A DNA stretch of 38,892 nt from assembly GCA_026986575.1 (NCBI GenBank), contig JALSOH010000008.1, positions 1 through 38,892 on the forward strand, written 5' to 3'. The first letter of the stretch is position 1; the number at the start of each line of letters is the position of its first letter. Shown here in pieces: positions 36,123 through 38,892 of this stretch. The DNA comes from Thermoproteota archaeon. Lineage in GTDB: Archaea > Korarchaeota > Korarchaeia > Korarchaeales > Korarchaeaceae. The position numbers were made by a program, and so were the translations under genes. The notes beneath the pieces were generated by a model. It searched no databases. It had not been told where the DNA came from and was given only the letters and a program-made list of their open reading frames with translations.

Positions 36123-36305
36123 CCTCCACCTCGAAGGCATACTGGGATCTATAATAACCTTTATGAGGTTCCCTAGGGAGTTTCGAGGATCCTTCAACTT
36201 TACGAGGGCTGGAGGATTTATAATCCGATTCGGTAGTGGTCGAGCTAGAGCGTAAGTCAGCCGCTTAAGTCAACCTTTTTAGGTCACGTCTCATTCCATA
36301 AGTGA

Positions 36306-36665
36306 GTGAAACCCGAGGATTGGCTGAGTAGGGCTGAAATGTTCCTCAGAGCTGCTAGGAGGAACTTGGAGGCCGGAGACTATGCAATATCTTGCTTCGA
36401 CTCTCAACAGGCCGCGGAGCTTGCATTGAAAGCCCTGCATATATGCAGGTTCGGCTCGAAACCCTACACACATAACTTGGTGGCCTTGGCCGAGCCATTC
36501 GGGCTCCAACACGATTTTCTGCTCACCCTATCCCTGTTCTACACCCTATCAAGGTATCCTGAGAGCGAATCCATCTCCTTCTCTAGGGAGATGGCCCTGA
36601 GGTGCGTCGAAACGGCGAGCGAGGTGGTGGAGTTTGTCAGGAAGGAGATGGAGGGAGGCTGTTGA
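36306..36665 (+). CDS. HEPN-domain protein
   Basis: SCFDSQQAAELALKA, THNL and YTLSRYP motifs. Confidence 0.92.
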   Translation: MKPEDWLSRAEMFLRAARRNLEAGDYAISCFDSQQAAELALKALHICRFGSKPYTHNLVALAEPFGLQHDFLLTLSLFYTLSRYPESESISFSREMALRCVETASEVVEFVRKEMEGGC

Positions 36666-37059
36666 GGAGTTCGCGGGGTGGGTGAGGGAGCGCTACGGTG
36701 GGGGTGTGGTGATAGTCTTCGGAAGCAGGGCCAGGGACGAGAGCTATGCCGCAAGCGATACTGATCTCTTGGTGATACTGGACCGGTCTGGCTTGGACAC
36801 GCTCTTGGAGCTGCTCAGGAAGGCCCACCTAGTGGGGGTCCCCAACCCAGAGGTACATCTGTTCTCCGTGGACGAGGCCTTCAAGGAGGCTCGGGGAAAC
36901 ACTGTGATCATGGACGCGTTGCTTGAGGGGATCACGTTCTTGGACACCTTCGGGATAGTGGAGGAACTGAGGAGGATTGTCTTGGTGTTCGTGAGGGAGA
37001 GGGGGCTAGAGAGGAGGGAGGATGGATGGTGGCCTTCCCTATCCCATTCCACCACTTAG
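36634..37059 (+). CDS. Minimal nucleotidyltransferase (MNT) antitoxin
   Basis: VFGSRAR...SDTDLLVI with intact GS and DxD; overlaps the HEPN gene. Confidence 0.92.
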   Translation: MSGRRWREAVEEFAGWVRERYGGGVVIVFGSRARDESYAASDTDLLVILDRSGLDTLLELLRKAHLVGVPNPEVHLFSVDEAFKEARGNTVIMDALLEGITFLDTFGIVEELRRIVLVFVRERGLERREDGWWPSLSHSTT

Positions 37060-37198
37060 CTCTGTGGGTGGGCCTTGCGAGAGGGGAAAGCGATCCAGCT
37101 TCGAATCCCCATGCTGTCGTGAAGCGAGGGCTTGACTCGCGCTATGTGGAGAGGACTCAGCTTGATCCCCCAGACTATCGGTCAGCTCGGGCCCTGAG

Positions 37199-37975
37199 TT
37201 ACCTCAGTAGCTCGTGGAGGAGGCGGTAAGTGCTAGCGGAGAGTCCCCCATCTACATCGTAAACGGCTCCTGTTATGTAACTAGAGTCATCCGAAGCTAG
37301 GAAGACGGCAAGCCTCGCTACATCTTCCGGCCTCCCCAACCTCCCTGCGGGAGTGAGCCTTTCCCTCTTCCTAAGCTCCTCCTCCGTGTACTCGCTCCTC
37401 AGCATGTCAGTGAGAACGGGACCGGGGCATATGGCGTTTACTCTAATCCCCTTTGGGCCCCACTCCACAGCCACCTGCCTCGTTAGGATGATCACTCCAG
37501 CCTTGGAGGCGCTGTAGGCACCGCCGCCCTCAAGCGGCGTGTGCCCAGCCACGGATGCCACATTAATTATGCTCCCCCCACCCTGACGGATCATCCTGAT
37601 CCCGAAGCTCCTCATCGCGTAGAATACTCCATTCAGATTCACGGAAATTACCCTGTCCCATTCCTCCGGGGATACCTCCTCAAGCGGGGCCCTCGAAATG
37701 ATGCCCGCATTGTTCACGAGGACATCTACCCTCCCGAACTCCTCGAAAGCTGCAGACGCCATCTCCTCCACTTGGCTAGGGTCGGAGACGTCAGCTCTCA
37801 CCGCTACGGCCCTCCTACCCATCTTCCTTATCCTCTCCACGACCTCTTCAGCCTCCACAGATCTCGTCCTGTAGTTCACCACAACGTCCGCTCCCTCCTT
37901 TGCGAACTCCATGGCTATGACCCTTCCTATTCCCCTGCTCGCTCCCGTGATCACCGCGACCTTCCCCTCCAGCAT
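37199..37975 (-). CDS. Short-chain dehydrogenase/reductase (FabG-like)
   Basis: TGASRGIG, NNAG, YSASK, RVNAICPG and VDGG motifs. Start MLEGK at 37975. Confidence 0.96.
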   Translation of the reverse strand: MLEGKVAVITGASRGIGRVIAMEFAKEGADVVVNYRTRSVEAEEVVERIRKMGRRAVAVRADVSDPSQVEEMASAAFEEFGRVDVLVNNAGIISRAPLEEVSPEEWDRVISVNLNGVFYAMRSFGIRMIRQGGGSIINVASVAGHTPLEGGGAYSASKAGVIILTRQVAVEWGPKGIRVNAICPGPVLTDMLRSEYTEEELRKRERLTPAGRLGRPEDVARLAVFLASDDSSYITGAVYDVDGGLSASTYRLLHELLR

Positions 37976-38452
37976 GCAATCCCCCTTCCTTGATCGACCA
38001 CTAACATAAATCGGTGATGCCGTTCGCAGTGGAGCGGCCGTCCCTGAGGCCTTCAATGAGGTTTCAATGTCCCCGCGCCACCGACGAGACCCTCGTCGAC
38101 GTACCCTTGCCTGCCTACCTCCTCCACGGATCCGCCACGTTGCTGGTGTGGCCTTGGATCGGGAGAGTTCGGTAAGTTCATTTGATCCACGCGACTCATT
38201 CCCATCTGACCCCTTTCCAGCAGCCTCGGCACCTCATCCATCGACTGAGCCGCATCGAATGCTGATAGAAGCTGTATCGCGCGAGCTGGTGCTGGTTAGT
38301 AAATTCTACCCAAGCGATCTGGGTTTGGCTCTAGAATCATCATACAGGCTCATATTCAGCGTCTACCGGCCAAATTTAGTCAGGAGTCGCCTTCGGGGAT
38401 CTCAGGCGATTCCCTATTAAAGGTGCTACCCATCTGGAACGGAGGGAGTGCG

Positions 38453-38892
38453 ATGGTCACCATCAGAAGGATGAGGGAAGAGGATGTTGAGGAAGTCGGG
38501 AGGATGTACGCCGACTTCTACTCCTACCACAGGAGGATAATGGGGAGCGATGTCGCCTATCCCCCGGAGTGGGGAATCGAGGAGCTGAGGGCCGTTGAGG
38601 GCACGGTTCTCGTGGCTGTGGATGGTTCCGAGATCGTTGGTTTCGCTGGGGTCAGGGAGGAAGAGGGCGCTTACTTTCTGAAGGAGATATACGTGAAGCC
38701 GGAGCGCAGGGGGAGGGGAGTGGGAAAGTCCCTGCTCAAGGCGTGCGAGGAGGAGGCCCAGGGAAGACTCTACGCTAGCGTCATTCCAGCTAACTTAGCG
38801 GCCCTCGATTTCTTCCTGAGGGAGGGCTACTCCTTCCTCAACTCCCTGGAGCTGACTAGGGCTGATGGAGAGGTGGAGACCGTCGTCTTGGG
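38453..38892 (+). CDS. GNAT-family N-acetyltransferase, truncated at the window edge
   Basis: Not in the ORF track. Manual translation MVTIRRMREED...EIYVKPERRGRGVGKSLL...NLAALDFF.REGY shows GNAT motif A and the N..A..F...G motif. Confidence 0.9.
   Translation, partial: MVTIRRMREEDVEEVGRMYADFYSYHRRIMGSDVAYPPEWGIEELRAVEGTVLVAVDGSEIVGFAGVREEEGAYFLKEIYVKPERRGRGVGKSLLKACEEEAQGRLYASVIPANLAALDFFLREGYSFLNSLELTRADGEVETVVL

Noticed and set aside
37060-37198. tRNA-like TTCGAATCCC segment
   Set aside because: A T-loop-like sequence is present, but I could not build an acceptor stem, D arm or anticodon arm.
38000-38430. ORFs 38053-38241 (-) and 38067-38420 (+)
   Set aside because: No recognisable family features; treated as intergenic or decayed sequence.
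1-38892. CRISPR array, IS/transposase, integrase, rRNA
   Set aside because: No regularly spaced repeat-spacer units, recombinase or transposase motifs, or large non-coding GC-rich blocks seen by eye.

Overview
Archaeal chromosomal segment, probably from a (hyper)thermophile of the Korarchaeota/Thermoproteota type (inferred from AGG/ATA-rich codon usage, GGAGGTG/GGTGA ribosome-binding sites, TATA-like promoters and the gene families present). The left ~17 kb is a cell-surface glycan locus: a partial NAD-dependent epimerase, two GT4 glycosyltransferases, sulfate activation genes (sat, cysC), three alkaline-phosphatase-superfamily (AlkP) proteins, a small ribbon-helix-helix (RHH) protein with an 'ERLRRLGYI' tail, and two divergent paralogous polytopic membrane proteins resembling GT-C enzymes. 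No classical sulfotransferase or APS/PAPS reductase is present in the window, so this is the best candidate for an undescribed system: PAPS-dependent glycan sulfation through AlkP-fold enzymes. The right part is housekeeping and transport: a ClC-CBS channel, a creatininase-family hydrolase, a split Liv-type ABC transporter, a ferredoxin, an MFS transporter, an MBL hydrolase, a DtxR-FeoA regulator, a DUF2848-like protein, a sugar ABC transporter, an SDR and a partial GNAT. Four toxin-antitoxin pairs (2 VapBC, 2 HEPN-MNT) are interspersed. Smaller oddities: two probable CTG starts, an in-frame TGA splitting one membrane gene, an uncalled Cys-rich 52-aa ORF, and a palindromic operator array. No rRNA, tRNA, CRISPR array or transposase was recognised. 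All calls come from reading motifs by eye; no database search was run.
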